33,784 bases of DNA from an uncultured Clostridia bacterium (GCA_964441745.1 CAYTYR010000019.1:1-33784); one strand, 5' to 3'. Shown: positions 1 through 9,523, counted from the stretch's first letter. Program-made: numbers and translations. Notes: generated by a model not told the origin, from the sequence alone.

Positions 1-2168
1 AAAGAGATCAGGCCCCTGGCTGGCCATCTTTCGATCTCAAAAGAGTTTCTTTTAACCAGGACATTAAGCGAAACCAGGTCATTTGGCTTGAAATTAAAGA
101 TATTAAAAGGCAAAGATATCTCTATAAACTTGTCTATCGCTACTGTAGTAAAGTCCCCTACCTTGGTATTAGAAGAATCATGGACTTCGATTATCGATAA
201 TGTTTTAGGCGCATTAGGAGACAGGTTTAAAACAATAGTATAAGGTTTAGGCTCTAAAATATTGAACTCCAGTAATAGATTATCTGTTTCACTGCTATTA
301 AGGATAGCGTTCAGATCCAGTCTTAAATACATATTATTAAGGTCAAATCCATAGTAGATCAGGTTTACTATAGTATTTGCCCGGTACATGGTTCCGCCGG
401 TTTTTGATACTTCATAAAGGCCGGCATTTTGCCATTCATAATAATTAGTGACTTTCCCGTCGATCAGCGGCGAGATCAGGCTTAATGGATATTGCGAAGG
501 TTTGGATTTAGCTATGCCTTTAATAGCTACGTAGAGCCAGTCAGGAACTTTTTCATTGATGAGTTTGTATACGTTCATCAAGTGGAGCCTGAACAGGAGG
601 TCAAATTCCTCATCATTAGCGCTGGAGTGGTCATCCCCGTACCACCAGCACCAATCACTGCCTTCCGCTATATAAATCTCTTCCCAGGCTTTGGCAATGG
701 CCGGTTTAAGCTCTTCTTGCGGGTGATCCTGGGTGAACTTGGCCAAGGTGTCTCTGGTGCGTCCCAGGTAATCCCAGGCCGTATTATCTTCATAGTGCCC
801 TATCCAGACGCCAAAATTATGATTGATCCAACTGCCGGCAAACAAATTAAAAAGATTATATTGCGGCGGGTTTTGTTCCAGGTATTCGCTAAACGTGACG
901 CATCTAAAACCAGGGTCGGCAGATAGTTCGCGGTAAATGGCTTTTAAGAAATGCTCCCCGTCATCAGGATAAAATTCCCAGGCATTTTCCCCGTCCAGGA
1001 TAATGCTGAGCAAATGAGGCCCCGGCATGTTATTTACATTGTCCCTGATATGGCGTAAAGAACCCATGAAATTATTAACAGCATCGCGGGTGGACATATG
1101 GGAATACGTGAAGCCGATCAGGTCAGACAAGGTTTTATCCCGGAAAACAATATTAACTTCCTTGTCCTGGTTCTTAGCCCGGTATCCTTTGTATAAGGCG
1201 TCGCTGTGCACATCATTGCTAATAAAATCTTTGCGCAAAACTATTTTTAAGGTGTTGGCCAGGATATCCTGGTCCGTCCCTATCCATTTAATGCCGGCGT
1301 CGGCGACTAGCGGAATAATATCTTCACTGACACTGCCTTCAGACGGCCACATGCCACGGGGTTTACGCCCAAATAATTTTTCATAATATTCAACTGCCCT
1401 TTGGATCTGGACGCTGGCATCTTCGGGATGGCGGAAACCGTTCTTGGGCAATATAATATCCGGCGTAGCGATCTTCGCTGAGTCAGTATTACACAAGAGC
1501 GGCAAAATCGGATGATAAAATGGTGTGGTCGTAACTTCGATCTGTCCCTTATCCTGCAGCTCTTTATATTTTCCGATCACCTGGGCCATGATCTCGCGGT
1601 GTTTCTGGACTATATAGAACTTATCATCTTCGGAATAATTTTTTCCTTGATCAATGATCTGCTGCAGTTTCTGGTCATGTTTGCGCCAGTAAGGATCGAT
1701 CCAGACCAGGTTAAATAAAACCTGCAGGTCCAGGTAATCCTGGGCATTAAAATACCGTTTGATCCGGCTCAGTTCCTTGGCTGAGGTGTAACGTCCCCTC
1801 TTGTCCAGTAATTCGGCGTACCGGGCGAACGAATAAACCATGGTGCTCCAGTTCGCCATGAAAAAATTGGCCAGGATATAATCTTTATCTTCTTCTGTTA
1901 ATTTTGCCGCGGGGATCAAGGTTTTGTCCAGGAATTCATCTGAAGCGTTATTCTTGACATAATCTTCGATTTGGACCAGCAGGGATGGTACCATGTTGAA
2001 GGTTTGGTGAACTTGGGGAAATTCTTCCAGGATAGCAGCCATATCATAATAGTCTTTAGTGCAATGCAACCGTACCCAGGGCAAACTGTATTTACCAGTG
2101 AGATCGTTTTTATAATAAGGCTGGTGCATGTGCCATAAAATGGCTACATGAAGCGGTTTGTTTTCCAC
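1..2168 (-). CDS. Glycoside hydrolase family 57 (amylopullulanase / alpha-amylase-like); 3' end runs off the window
   Basis: Not in the ORF track because it is truncated. Manual translation from GTG at 2168 gives MENKPLHVAILWHMHQPYYKNDLTGKYSLPWVRLHCTKDYYDM. GH57 motifs HxHQP, GMWPSEGSVS, LDGENAWEFY and AEGSDWCWWY are present. Confidence 0.93.
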   Translation of the reverse strand, partial: MENKPLHVAILWHMHQPYYKNDLTGKYSLPWVRLHCTKDYYDMAAILEEFPQVHQTFNMVPSLLVQIEDYVKNNASDEFLDKTLIPAAKLTEEDKDYILANFFMANWSTMVYSFARYAELLDKRGRYTSAKELSRIKRYFNAQDYLDLQVLFNLVWIDPYWRKHDQKLQQIIDQGKNYSEDDKFYIVQKHREIMAQVIGKYKELQDKGQIEVTTTPFYHPILPLLCNTDSAKIATPDIILPKNGFRHPEDASVQIQRAVEYYEKLFGRKPRGMWPSEGSVSEDIIPLVADAGIKWIGTDQDILANTLKIVLRKDFISNDVHSDALYKGYRAKNQDKEVNIVFRDKTLSDLIGFTYSHMSTRDAVNNFMGSLRHIRDNVNNMPGPHLLSIILDGENAWEFYPDDGEHFLKAIYRELSADPGFRCVTFSEYLEQNPPQYNLFNLFAGSWINHNFGVWIGHYEDNTAWDYLGRTRDTLAKFTQDHPQEELKPAIAKAWEEIYIAEGSDWCWWYGDDHSSANDEEFDLLFRLHLMNVYKLINEKVPDWLYVAIKGIAKSKPSQYPLSLISPLIDGKVTNYYEWQNAGLYEVSKTGGTMYRANTIVNLIYYGFDLNNMYLRLDLNAILNSSETDNLLLEFNILEPKPYTIVLNLSPNAPKTLSIIEVHDSSNTKVGDFTTVAIDKFIEISLPFNIFNFKPNDLVSLNVLVKRNSFEIERWPARGLIS

Positions 2169-2175
2169 GGTGTTT

Positions 2176-2823
2176 TTACTCTTTCATTCTGACCAGATTA
2201 TAGGCATTCTCTTGCATTTTCTTGAAATCTTTAGCTGTTAGATGAGCCGCGGTTAGGGTGCTCTTAATTATATTTTCGTTCATCAGGTCATCCGGTGCAT
2301 GGGTGTCAGTATCAAAAACCAGCTTGGCCCCGTAAATATGAGCCAGGCTCGCTACCTGCTTATTGGTTTTATTATGACCCCTTCTCGTCGTTATTTCCAA
2401 GCAAACCTTATTGGCCCTGGCCAGCTTAACATCGTTTTCGGAAATATTTCCGGGGTGAGCCAGGATAGCAACTTTGGCTTCAATAGCGGCGCGATTGGTG
2501 CCTTTTGGCACCGGTTCAACAGTGGTTTCTCCATGGACTAGAACGATCTCGGCCCCCAGTTTTTTGGCCATTCTAAAAGCCTGTGCGATCAACCGCGGTG
2601 GGACATAGGTTAATTCTGCTCCGGGAATAACGTTAATCTTATATTCCCTGGTCAATATTTTGCTGACCTTAACTATCCTCGGGATGATCAAATCAATATT
2701 AGAGAAATCAATATGGTCAGACAGGCAAATAGTTTTATAGCCGGCAGCAGCCGCCCGGCAGACTAATTCCGACGGTATTAGTACTCCGTCGCTGAAAAAA
2801 GTATGAGTATGCAGATCGATCAT
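2176..2823 (-). CDS. PHP-domain phosphoesterase (histidinol phosphate phosphatase-like family)
   Basis: DLHTHTFFSDG, LSDHID, ILAHPG and DTDTH metal-binding motifs. The ATG at 2823 has GGAG upstream and is preferred over the ORF-track start at 2841. Confidence 0.88.
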   Translation of the reverse strand: MIDLHTHTFFSDGVLIPSELVCRAAAAGYKTICLSDHIDFSNIDLIIPRIVKVSKILTREYKINVIPGAELTYVPPRLIAQAFRMAKKLGAEIVLVHGETTVEPVPKGTNRAAIEAKVAILAHPGNISENDVKLARANKVCLEITTRRGHNKTNKQVASLAHIYGAKLVFDTDTHAPDDLMNENIIKSTLTAAHLTAKDFKKMQENAYNLVRMKE

Positions 2824-2837
2824 TTTAACTCCAATTC

Positions 2838-2914
2838 GCATATTGCTTATGGCATATGGCGTATAGCAAAAACATTTTCGGTTTGGTCTTTGCTATTAGC
2901 TATAAGCTATAAGC
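2838..2914. repeat. Two inverted arrays of degenerate 7-mers forming a long imperfect hairpin
   Basis: gcatatt-gcttatg-gcatatg-gcgtata (2838-2865) faces gctatta-gctataa-gctataa (2892-2912). The arms are imperfectly complementary. Confidence 0.75.
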
Positions 2915-2929
2915 ATCTTTTCAGTTAAG

Positions 2930-3003
2930 CGCCCCCGACAGGAGTCGAACCTGTGATCTTCGGTTTAGGAAACCGCCGCACTATCCAACTGTGCTACGGG
3001 GGC
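2930..3003 (-). tRNA. tRNA-Arg(CCT), CCA not encoded
   Basis: GCCCCCGTAGCACAGTTGGATAGTGCGGCGGTTTCCTAAACCGAAGATCACAGGTTCGACTCCTGTCGGGGGCG folds as a cloverleaf with anticodon CCT. Confidence 0.96.
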
Positions 3004-3243
3004 GTCGGCGCAAATCCTAAAGCTGCGCCTCCCCGTAGGGGGAACCTCAGGTTCCCCGCTCTCGGCGCTCGCTCGTGAAGTGGGGTTTTCTTAGCGGAGG
3101 TTTCAATCTCGCCTTCGCTGTCACCCCCTCCTATTCTATGCTCTTTTCAAAGTCCTTGTTTATAAATGTTAAGGGCGATATTATATATTTAAATCTCACT
3201 GTTACGCCTTGGGGTGTTTAAAAATATCTTAAACTAAGTATAA

Positions 3244-3272
3244 ATAATAACAAAATATTCCGACGATGTCAA
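3244..3272 (-). promoter_or_regulatory. Predicted sigma70 promoter upstream of tRNA-Arg
   Basis: TTGACA (3272-3267), 17-bp spacer ending in TGn, then TATTAT (3249-3244). Confidence 0.6.
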
Positions 3273-3281
3273 TAATAAAAA

Positions 3282-3590
3282 CTAGTTCAATAATTTTTTT
3301 GATAAGGCATGCAGTTCGGTGTCAGCCAACGCTGATACTTTCTTTTTAACTACTCGCGAAAAGTATTCTCTTTCCGTCTTAGTTAAGGAGCTGTTATTAA
3401 GTTTTTTCAAGAATAATTCTTTTTGCTTAGAGGAAAATATCTGGTCCAAGTAACGATCCAAGTTTGTTTTTTCTTCATCTCGCTTTATTCGTCTTTTTTT
3501 TGTACGGAAATACCTGTAGTTATGATTTTTCCGGCTAAAAAGGCCTAAAATCTTAAGAATTATGTTTTCTATGGTATATCTAATGTCCAT
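3282..3590 (-). CDS. Small basic hypothetical protein, possibly DNA-binding
   Basis: 102-aa Lys/Arg-rich ORF with an AGGTGA RBS and its own consensus promoter. Helical C-terminus FSSKQKELFLKKLNNSSLTKTEREYFSRVVKKKV. Confidence 0.6.
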   Translation of the reverse strand: MDIRYTIENIILKILGLFSRKNHNYRYFRTKKRRIKRDEEKTNLDRYLDQIFSSKQKELFLKKLNNSSLTKTEREYFSRVVKKKVSALADTELHALSKKLLN

Positions 3591-3602
3591 TGATCACCTG
3601 TA

Positions 3603-3659
3603 TTGTATAAATATGTACAATTATTGTATTAATATATACAACTTTATTGTTTTTGTCAA
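3603..3659 (-). promoter_or_regulatory. sigma70 promoter with two tandem palindromic operator-like sites
   Basis: TTGACA (3659-3654), 17 bp, TATATT (3636-3631). Palindromes TTGTATaaatatGTACAA (3603-3620) and TTGTATtaatatATACAA (3624-3641). Confidence 0.6.
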
Positions 3660-3769
3660 TAAAAATAGGAGACAAATTGATGTCCCCTACATAAGCTGAA
3701 GACTGACTCCAGACTCCAGAAGAGCAATTACACTTGAATCTGGTGTCTGGTTTGCTGGTGTCTTGCGTC

Positions 3770-4285
3770 CTATAATTTGATTATTGAATAGATATCAAAG
3801 CCTTTAAGCTTATCACGGCCGTGCAGGGACCCAAGCTCAATGACAAACCCGATACCAGCTACTTTGCCGCCCTGATTCTTGACTAAATTGGTACAGGCTT
3901 GTACTGTCCCGCCGGTAGCCAGTAAATCATCGATTATCAGGATCATATCGTCCTTATTAAAGGCATCTATATGCATTTCCAGGGTGTCAGCGCCATATTC
4001 CAGAGCATAGGTTTCTTTCGTGGTTTTATAAGGCAGCTTACCTGGTTTCCTGACCGGTACGATCCCTATGCCTAATTTATAAGCCAGGGCTGAAGCAAAA
4101 ATAAAACCGCGGGATTCAACGCACAAGATCTTGTCTATTTTCTTACCCTGGTATTCTTTAGCCAGAAGGTCGATCACAGTTTTAAATGCTTGCGGGTCCC
4201 CGATCAATGGGGTAATATCTTTAAAGATAATCCCCTTCTTCGGAAAATCAGGTATGTCCCGGATAAATTTTTCTAGGTTCATCAT
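3770..4285 (-). CDS. apt: Adenine phosphoribosyltransferase
   Basis: IPDFPKKGIIFKDITPL, ESRGF, RKPGKLP, YALEYG and the PRPP-binding motif IIDDLLATGGT. Confidence 0.97.
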   Translation of the reverse strand: MMNLEKFIRDIPDFPKKGIIFKDITPLIGDPQAFKTVIDLLAKEYQGKKIDKILCVESRGFIFASALAYKLGIGIVPVRKPGKLPYKTTKETYALEYGADTLEMHIDAFNKDDMILIIDDLLATGGTVQACTNLVKNQGGKVAGIGFVIELGSLHGRDKLKGFDIYSIIKL

Positions 4286-4287
4286 GA

Positions 4288-5136
4288 CTAATTTACCAAC
4301 CTTGATTTATATTTGTCCCTGCTAATATATTTACGCAGTTTACTCAAAGCTTTCTTTTCTATTTGCCGGATCCTTTCACGTGAAACCCCAATTTTTTTGC
4401 CGATCTGGTCGAGAGTCATAGGCTTTTCGCCGCCGATGCCATAACGGTACTTTATGATCTTTACTTCTTTATTGTCCAGGTATTTCAGGCAGTCAGCGAT
4501 AGTCTGTGGAATCTTGACGTTTTCATCATATTGTTTTTCCGGATCAACAATAGTAGTATCATTGATGACATCGCCGAGAGTAATATCAGATTCTTCATCG
4601 ATCGGCGTATCCAGTGAGGTAGTACCCAGCGACAGCGCGTGGGTTTCAATAATATCTTTTAGTTTATCCGCTGGGATCTGCAGATGGCGGCTCAGGTCGC
4701 TCAAGGAAGGATTTTTGCCTAGTTTTTGCGTCAGCTTTTTATTCATTTTCAGCATGCGCTGGATCTCTTCGATCTTATGGATAGGAATGCGGATGGTTTT
4801 GGTCTGGCTCGAGAGAGCCCGAGCAATCGCTTGTTTGATCCAATAACTGGCGTAAGAGAAGAAATATCCCTTGCGGTAATTAAATTTTTCTACGGCTTTT
4901 ATGAGTCCGATATTGCCCTCTTCGATCAAGTCGGGGAAAGATAATCCCCGGTCACGGTATTTTTTAGCAATACTGATCACCAGGCGTAAATTGCCTTCGA
5001 TCATCCGCCGGCGAGCTTCCATGTCCCCTTTTTTCAGTCGGTTTGCTAATTTCTTCAGCTCTTCATTGCTGATCAAGGGAAGCTTGCGGACCTGTTTTAA
5101 ATAGATCTTTAGAGTATTGTCATTTACTACTGGCAT
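4288..5136 (-). CDS. RNA polymerase sigma factor, RpoD/SigA family, short form lacking region 1.1 (282 aa)
   Basis: Region 1.2 YLKQVRKLPL, region 2 NLRLVISIAKKY..DLIEEGNIGLIKAVEKF, TIRIPIH, SLDTPI, and region 4 TLDQIG..VSRERIRQIE. ATG at 5136 has a GGGGAG RBS. Confidence 0.92.
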   Translation of the reverse strand: MPVVNDNTLKIYLKQVRKLPLISNEELKKLANRLKKGDMEARRRMIEGNLRLVISIAKKYRDRGLSFPDLIEEGNIGLIKAVEKFNYRKGYFFSYASYWIKQAIARALSSQTKTIRIPIHKIEEIQRMLKMNKKLTQKLGKNPSLSDLSRHLQIPADKLKDIIETHALSLGTTSLDTPIDEESDITLGDVINDTTIVDPEKQYDENVKIPQTIADCLKYLDNKEVKIIKYRYGIGGEKPMTLDQIGKKIGVSRERIRQIEKKALSKLRKYISRDKYKSRLVN

Positions 5137-5216
5137 TTTCTCCCCTATATGGCCAAAATGAAACTGACCTATATTAGCGTATTTGCCGTCTTTATGCAAG
5201 TAAAAAATAATTAGAA

Positions 5217-5256
5217 ATGATTACACAGATTAAAAAAGATGATTACACAGATTAAA
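5217..5256. repeat. 18-bp direct repeat, two copies, 22-bp period
   Basis: atgattacacagattaaa at 5217-5234 and 5239-5256. Confidence 0.85.
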
Positions 5257-5262
5257 GCAATA

Positions 5263-5553
5263 CTAAAAAGTAATGACGAAATCCCGGTATTTATTCTGAC
5301 TTACTGACCATTCAATTTTCAGGTCAGCTATATATTCAGCCATATTTTTGGTTTGCAGGTCATTAATCAGAGCCTGTAAATGTTCTTTTTCCCCTTCAGC
5401 TTCTATCTCGACATCCCCATTAGCCAGGTTCTTGACGAAGCCGGACAATCCCAGGTTACCGGCCAGCTGGCGCGTGTAATACCGGAAGCCTACTCCCTGG
5501 ACCGTTCCTTTAACAATGAGACGCACTGCTTTTAATTCGTTGCCCATGGCCAT
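5263..5553 (-). CDS. acyP: Acylphosphatase
   Basis: [13 protein letters not shown] and [17 protein letters not shown]. An alternative start is at 5547. Confidence 0.95.
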   Translation of the reverse strand: MAMGNELKAVRLIVKGTVQGVGFRYYTRQLAGNLGLSGFVKNLANGDVEIEAEGEKEHLQALINDLQTKNMAEYIADLKIEWSVSQNKYRDFVITF

Positions 5554-6227
5554 TTCTCTAATAGCGGCTTAAAAAGAAATTCCGAAAAGTTTAAGCCAAA
5601 GATAAAGTTATCAAAATCCAGGTTTCGATAGCGCTGCAGGTCGATCAAACCGATCTCTATCCTTATTTTAGGTGAGATCATTAGCCGGTACCCAAGATTA
5701 TAAGTTTCTCCTGCTTTGTCAAAAATGATTTGGGTGCGGGCAGTAGTTTTAGATAGGCCTAATATGATCCGCCATCGTCCATTTTCCTGTAGTTTTAGTC
5801 CGCTGGTAGCGTATATATTATAAAAATTAACCAGGAGTTTGTCAAAGGAAAGATATAGGTCTTTATCAAAAAAACCAAAGCTGGCGGAAAACGGATACTG
5901 GCTGGAGGCTAAAAAATTGAATTTACCATGCGGAATAACCCTGCGCTCTTGTTCGGGATCGTCACTATTATATTGTTCAGCATTGACGCGTAGACCTAAT
6001 TCTAATCCTGGAAGCAATCCGGCATTGAACTTAAAAAGATATTTATGGACTGCCAAAGCATAGTAACCATTATCCAATACGGTCGCGGCAGGAATAGTTA
6101 ACAATCCCGTCGGGCCATCGATGGTCGCTGATCGATAAAAAGAGGCGTCAGTAATATCGGCGCAAAACAGGAAAGCAGGCAATAATATGATAAAGAAAAA
6201 TAAAAGGCAGAAAATTATTTTGTTCAA
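5532..6227 (-). CDS. Exported hypothetical protein, probable outer-membrane beta-barrel (YjbH-like N-terminus)
   Basis: Signal peptide, [11 protein letters not shown] motif and amphipathic beta-strand patterns. Confidence 0.6.
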   Translation of the reverse strand: MNKIIFCLLFFFIILLPAFLFCADITDASFYRSATIDGPTGLLTIPAATVLDNGYYALAVHKYLFKFNAGLLPGLELGLRVNAEQYNSDDPEQERRVIPHGKFNFLASSQYPFSASFGFFDKDLYLSFDKLLVNFYNIYATSGLKLQENGRWRIILGLSKTTARTQIIFDKAGETYNLGYRLMISPKIRIEIGLIDLQRYRNLDFDNFIFGLNFSEFLFKPLLEKWPWATN

Positions 6228-6238
6228 GTTAACTCCGC

Positions 6239-7441
6239 TTAAATAAATAATTTGATCGTGCCAAATTCTCCGTCATATCCGGGATTGATCTTCACTTCCC
6301 CTTTTCTCATCATGCTAATTCCAGCCGCTATTTTTTCTTGAGTATGGTTGCTGATCTCAGCAATGCTGGCGTCCATGAGAATAGCGAATTCAGTGCCAAA
6401 GGTGTTAATTAATTTGACATATTCTTTTTCCACTTTTTGGGTATTTCTGCCGACACCCAGGGCTTCAGCAATGATCTCCTCCAGGGGAATAAGGTGCTTA
6501 AAGGGGATAGCTTGGAGCGGTTTAATGTTTAAAGCCCGATCAGCCAGTTTTTCCACCCGGTGCAATACTCCGACTGTTACTGGCTTTTTGCAGGCGGGAC
6601 ACTGGAGATTTCGCGCGATCGTTTCCTGGGGATGGGCCCGGTAAGCGCAGAGCCGGTGGCCGTCGAAGTGATATTTCCCCTCTTCCGGGAAGAATTCTAT
6701 CGTGTACAGGAATTTTGCCAGATCCTTCTTTTTTATAGCCGTGGTAATATCATTATAGATCTGCGGTGAATCCGGTAGGTTGAAAACATTTGCTTCCCGC
6801 CCCAGCTTACGCAGTGAATGGGCGTCAGAGTTGGAAATAAGGCTAATATGGTCAAGACTGGAAAGCCGCCAGTTCATGGTTGGGTCACTGGACAATCCGG
6901 TCTCCAACGCAAAGATATTACTGGTTTGCGCGCCAAAACATTCCTTTAAACTATCAAATCCTGAGGCTGAGCCAAAGACGCCGAAATGCGGTGTCCAGGC
7001 ATGAGCCGGTATGACCATACATTCAGCAGAAGCTGACAGGACCATCGCTGCCAGTTTTTCCGGATCCAATCCCAGGATCGGCCGCCCATCAGCAGCCAGC
7101 TTGCCATAACCTGAGATCTGCTTAATGATCTTTTCCACTGTTTCAAAATCAGGAGCCAGGATAATATTATGGACTTTGTAGCATTTCCCCTGCCGGTAGA
7201 AAATATTTGATACTTCCGCCGTCAACAGGAATTTAACCCCGGCATGTTCAAATGTGCCTGGTCCTGACGGCTGCAGCGTGCTTTTCAGTTCTTTGAGCCA
7301 TTCCGGGTGGGTAAAGTCGCCTGTACCCATTACCTGGATACCTTTGATCTTGGCCCATTTGGCTATTCCCGGGATATTCATCTCCGGGCTGGTCGCCCGT
7401 GAATATCTTGAGTGTATGTGCAAGTCAGCAATTAGTGGCAT
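6239..7441 (-). CDS. Endonuclease Q family PHP-domain nuclease with Zn ribbon (TIGR00375-like)
   Basis: ADLHIHSRYSRATS, GTGDFTHP, IPAHAWTP, ETGLSSD, NSDAHS, GKYHFDGHRLC, CPAC..VTVGVLHRV and PGYDGEFG. Confidence 0.92.
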   Translation of the reverse strand: MPLIADLHIHSRYSRATSPEMNIPGIAKWAKIKGIQVMGTGDFTHPEWLKELKSTLQPSGPGTFEHAGVKFLLTAEVSNIFYRQGKCYKVHNIILAPDFETVEKIIKQISGYGKLAADGRPILGLDPEKLAAMVLSASAECMVIPAHAWTPHFGVFGSASGFDSLKECFGAQTSNIFALETGLSSDPTMNWRLSSLDHISLISNSDAHSLRKLGREANVFNLPDSPQIYNDITTAIKKKDLAKFLYTIEFFPEEGKYHFDGHRLCAYRAHPQETIARNLQCPACKKPVTVGVLHRVEKLADRALNIKPLQAIPFKHLIPLEEIIAEALGVGRNTQKVEKEYVKLINTFGTEFAILMDASIAEISNHTQEKIAAGISMMRKGEVKINPGYDGEFGTIKLFI

Positions 7442-8104
7442 TTATATTAAGCCCTTCTCTTTAAAACTAAAATAGCTGTTTTTAGCTACGATTACATGGT
7501 CGATCACTTCAATGCCCATTATCTTACCAGCCTCTACGAGACGCTGGGAAATATGGATATCTTCTGTCGAAGGATTGGTATCGCCTGATGGATGATTATG
7601 GGCGATAATGATCTGTGCGGCGGTATTCCTGACCGCTGGTTCGAATACTTCCCTGGGATGCACCAGGCTGGCATTGAGAGACCCGATAGAAATGATCTCT
7701 TTCTTTATTTCCTGGTTCCGTGTATCCAGGTAAAGGATCACAAAATGTTCTTTTTTATTATCACGGATATCTTTTAGCTGTCCAAAAACATCTTCCGGTT
7801 TCAGGTATAATTCTGCTTTCTTATCTTTCAATAATCTTTTGCCTAATTCGAAACAGGCCACTATTTCGCAGGCTTTAGCCGGGCCCAGGCCATTATATCC
7901 CTGCAAGTCTTGAAAAGTCAAGTGTGGCAATTTATCCCGGCCATACTTTTTTACTATTTTATTGGCCAGTTCGACTACATTTTCCCCTTTTTTACCGGAG
8001 CGCAATAAGATTGCCAGGAGTTCCGTAATGGAGAGTTTTTCCGGTCCATAATGGATTAGTTTTTCACGCGGCCGATCTATGGCCGGGACTTCATTCATTT
8101 TCAT
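7442..8104 (-). CDS. radC: RadC family JAB-domain protein
   Basis: RPREKL, ELLAILLRSG, GLGPAKA, VHPREVF, HNHPSGD and DHVIV. Confidence 0.96.
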   Translation of the reverse strand: MKMNEVPAIDRPREKLIHYGPEKLSITELLAILLRSGKKGENVVELANKIVKKYGRDKLPHLTFQDLQGYNGLGPAKACEIVACFELGKRLLKDKKAELYLKPEDVFGQLKDIRDNKKEHFVILYLDTRNQEIKKEIISIGSLNASLVHPREVFEPAVRNTAAQIIIAHNHPSGDTNPSTEDIHISQRLVEAGKIMGIEVIDHVIVAKNSYFSFKEKGLI

Positions 8105-8209
8105 TTTTCATGACTCCATAATAATGAGCGCCCCAGAAATAAAAGCAATTTTCTTGCCTTACTCTGGGGATAGCCCATTTATATATTTTTGTTAAACAGA
8201 AGTAAAAAA

Positions 8210-9352
8210 TTACTTTTTCAGTTGCTTTGTAGCCGTGATAGTTGCCACCACCCGACGATTTTCCTGGCGGCCTTCGCTGGTTTCATTGTCAGCGATCGGA
8301 TTTGCTGAGCCATATCCTTTGGTGGTCAAGCGGGCGCCATCAATGCCAAAGTTATTGACCAGGTAATCACGCACGCTATCAGCGCGTTTCTGGGAAAGAG
8401 CATTATTGAGCGCATCTGACCCTTTGCTGTCGGTATGGCCTTCGATTTCTGCAGTTATCGAAGAATACATCTTCATGAAATCTGCGACGGCCTTGATCTG
8501 GTCGTCAAATTCCGGTTTCACGTCAGATTTGTTGGTATCAAAAACGATATTCATGGCAATACTTACTATTTCTGAGAGAGTGACTCCATCTTTATCAACC
8601 AGGTTGCCTTGTGGCGTATTTGGTTCTTTATCCTTTGAATCAGGAACGCCGTCTCCATCGGTGTCAGCAGGTTTACTGACTTCTTGTACCACCGGCGCTG
8701 GTGCCGGCGCTTCGACTATCGGCGCCGGTGCTGGTGCCGGTGCCGGTACCTGTACTACCGGCGCTGGTTTACTTGCGCCAAAGTAATAGGTAAGCATTAA
8801 CCCGACATTAGTTGCGGTTACTGAATTGGAATAATCACCGTTATCAGCTGGCTTAACAAAGGCCCAATTCTCGCGGACTAGCAATCCTGCTGCAAAACCA
8901 GGAGTGAAAAAATATTCCAAACCTAAGCCAGCCTGGGCTGCGAAGGAATCATAAGCCTTGGCTTTAACGTTCTGTACAGAAGCCTTACCGGCGCCTACTA
9001 AGAAAATCGGGGTCAGGTGATTTTCCGGTAGAAAAGAATAAACAGCAGATAACAGGATCGGCTCAGTGCGTATAGGATCGGCGGTGCGGACATCTTCATC
9101 TTTATCAAATTTAATATTATCATAGGAAAGCATTAATCCCCAATTTGAGGTTAAGCCGTAACGGAGCCAGCCGCCCAGATCCAGACCAGGATCATGTTCC
9201 CTGTCAACAATATTGCCCTTGGCAGGTATTGCCATTCCAGCCGTACCACCTATTCCCCATAAACCAGCGACATCGTCAGCAAAAGCATTAGCGGCAAAAA
9301 TAATGCTTAGGCTGAGCAAAGTAAAAACAAGCATAAAGCATTTCTTACTCAT
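8210..9352 (-). CDS. OmpA family outer-membrane protein
   Basis: Signal peptide, beta-barrel N-domain, Pro/Ala linker, a TSP3-like DTDGDGVPDSKD segment, and a C-terminal OmpA domain (IEGHTDS, LSQKRA, NRRV). Confidence 0.95.
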   Translation of the reverse strand: MSKKCFMLVFTLLSLSIIFAANAFADDVAGLWGIGGTAGMAIPAKGNIVDREHDPGLDLGGWLRYGLTSNWGLMLSYDNIKFDKDEDVRTADPIRTEPILLSAVYSFLPENHLTPIFLVGAGKASVQNVKAKAYDSFAAQAGLGLEYFFTPGFAAGLLVRENWAFVKPADNGDYSNSVTATNVGLMLTYYFGASKPAPVVQVPAPAPAPAPIVEAPAPAPVVQEVSKPADTDGDGVPDSKDKEPNTPQGNLVDKDGVTLSEIVSIAMNIVFDTNKSDVKPEFDDQIKAVADFMKMYSSITAEIEGHTDSKGSDALNNALSQKRADSVRDYLVNNFGIDGARLTTKGYGSANPIADNETSEGRQENRRVVATITATKQLKK

Positions 9353-9493
9353 ATGTTCCTCCTTCTTTTATTTTAGTACGACTTAGAGACAAAGCAATAT
9401 TTTAGAGCAGGTAAAAGCGAAGTTTTTTGAGCAAGGATATCTAACCAGAGGAAGTGGAAGGTTTTTCCTACTTTTTTAAATAAGATTATATTT

Positions 9494-9523
9494 AGATTAG
9501 CAAATAATAGTTTACTATGTCAA
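9494..9523 (-). promoter_or_regulatory. Predicted promoter for the ompA-family gene
   Basis: TTGACA (9523-9518), 18-bp spacer ending in TGn, then TAATCT (9499-9494). Confidence 0.45.

Noticed and set aside
3004-3130. tmRNA, 6S, SRP RNA or tRNA-Sec
   Set aside because: No diagnostic motifs were recognised, such as a tmRNA acceptor end, SRP loop or UCA anticodon arm.
7442-8104. radC as a marker of a mobile element
   Set aside because: It is the full-length chromosomal form with an N-terminal HhH region, and there are no conjugation or phage genes nearby.
8690-8767. GC-rich short repeats in the ompA-family gene
   Set aside because: They are explained by the ordinary Pro-Ala linker of OmpA proteins.
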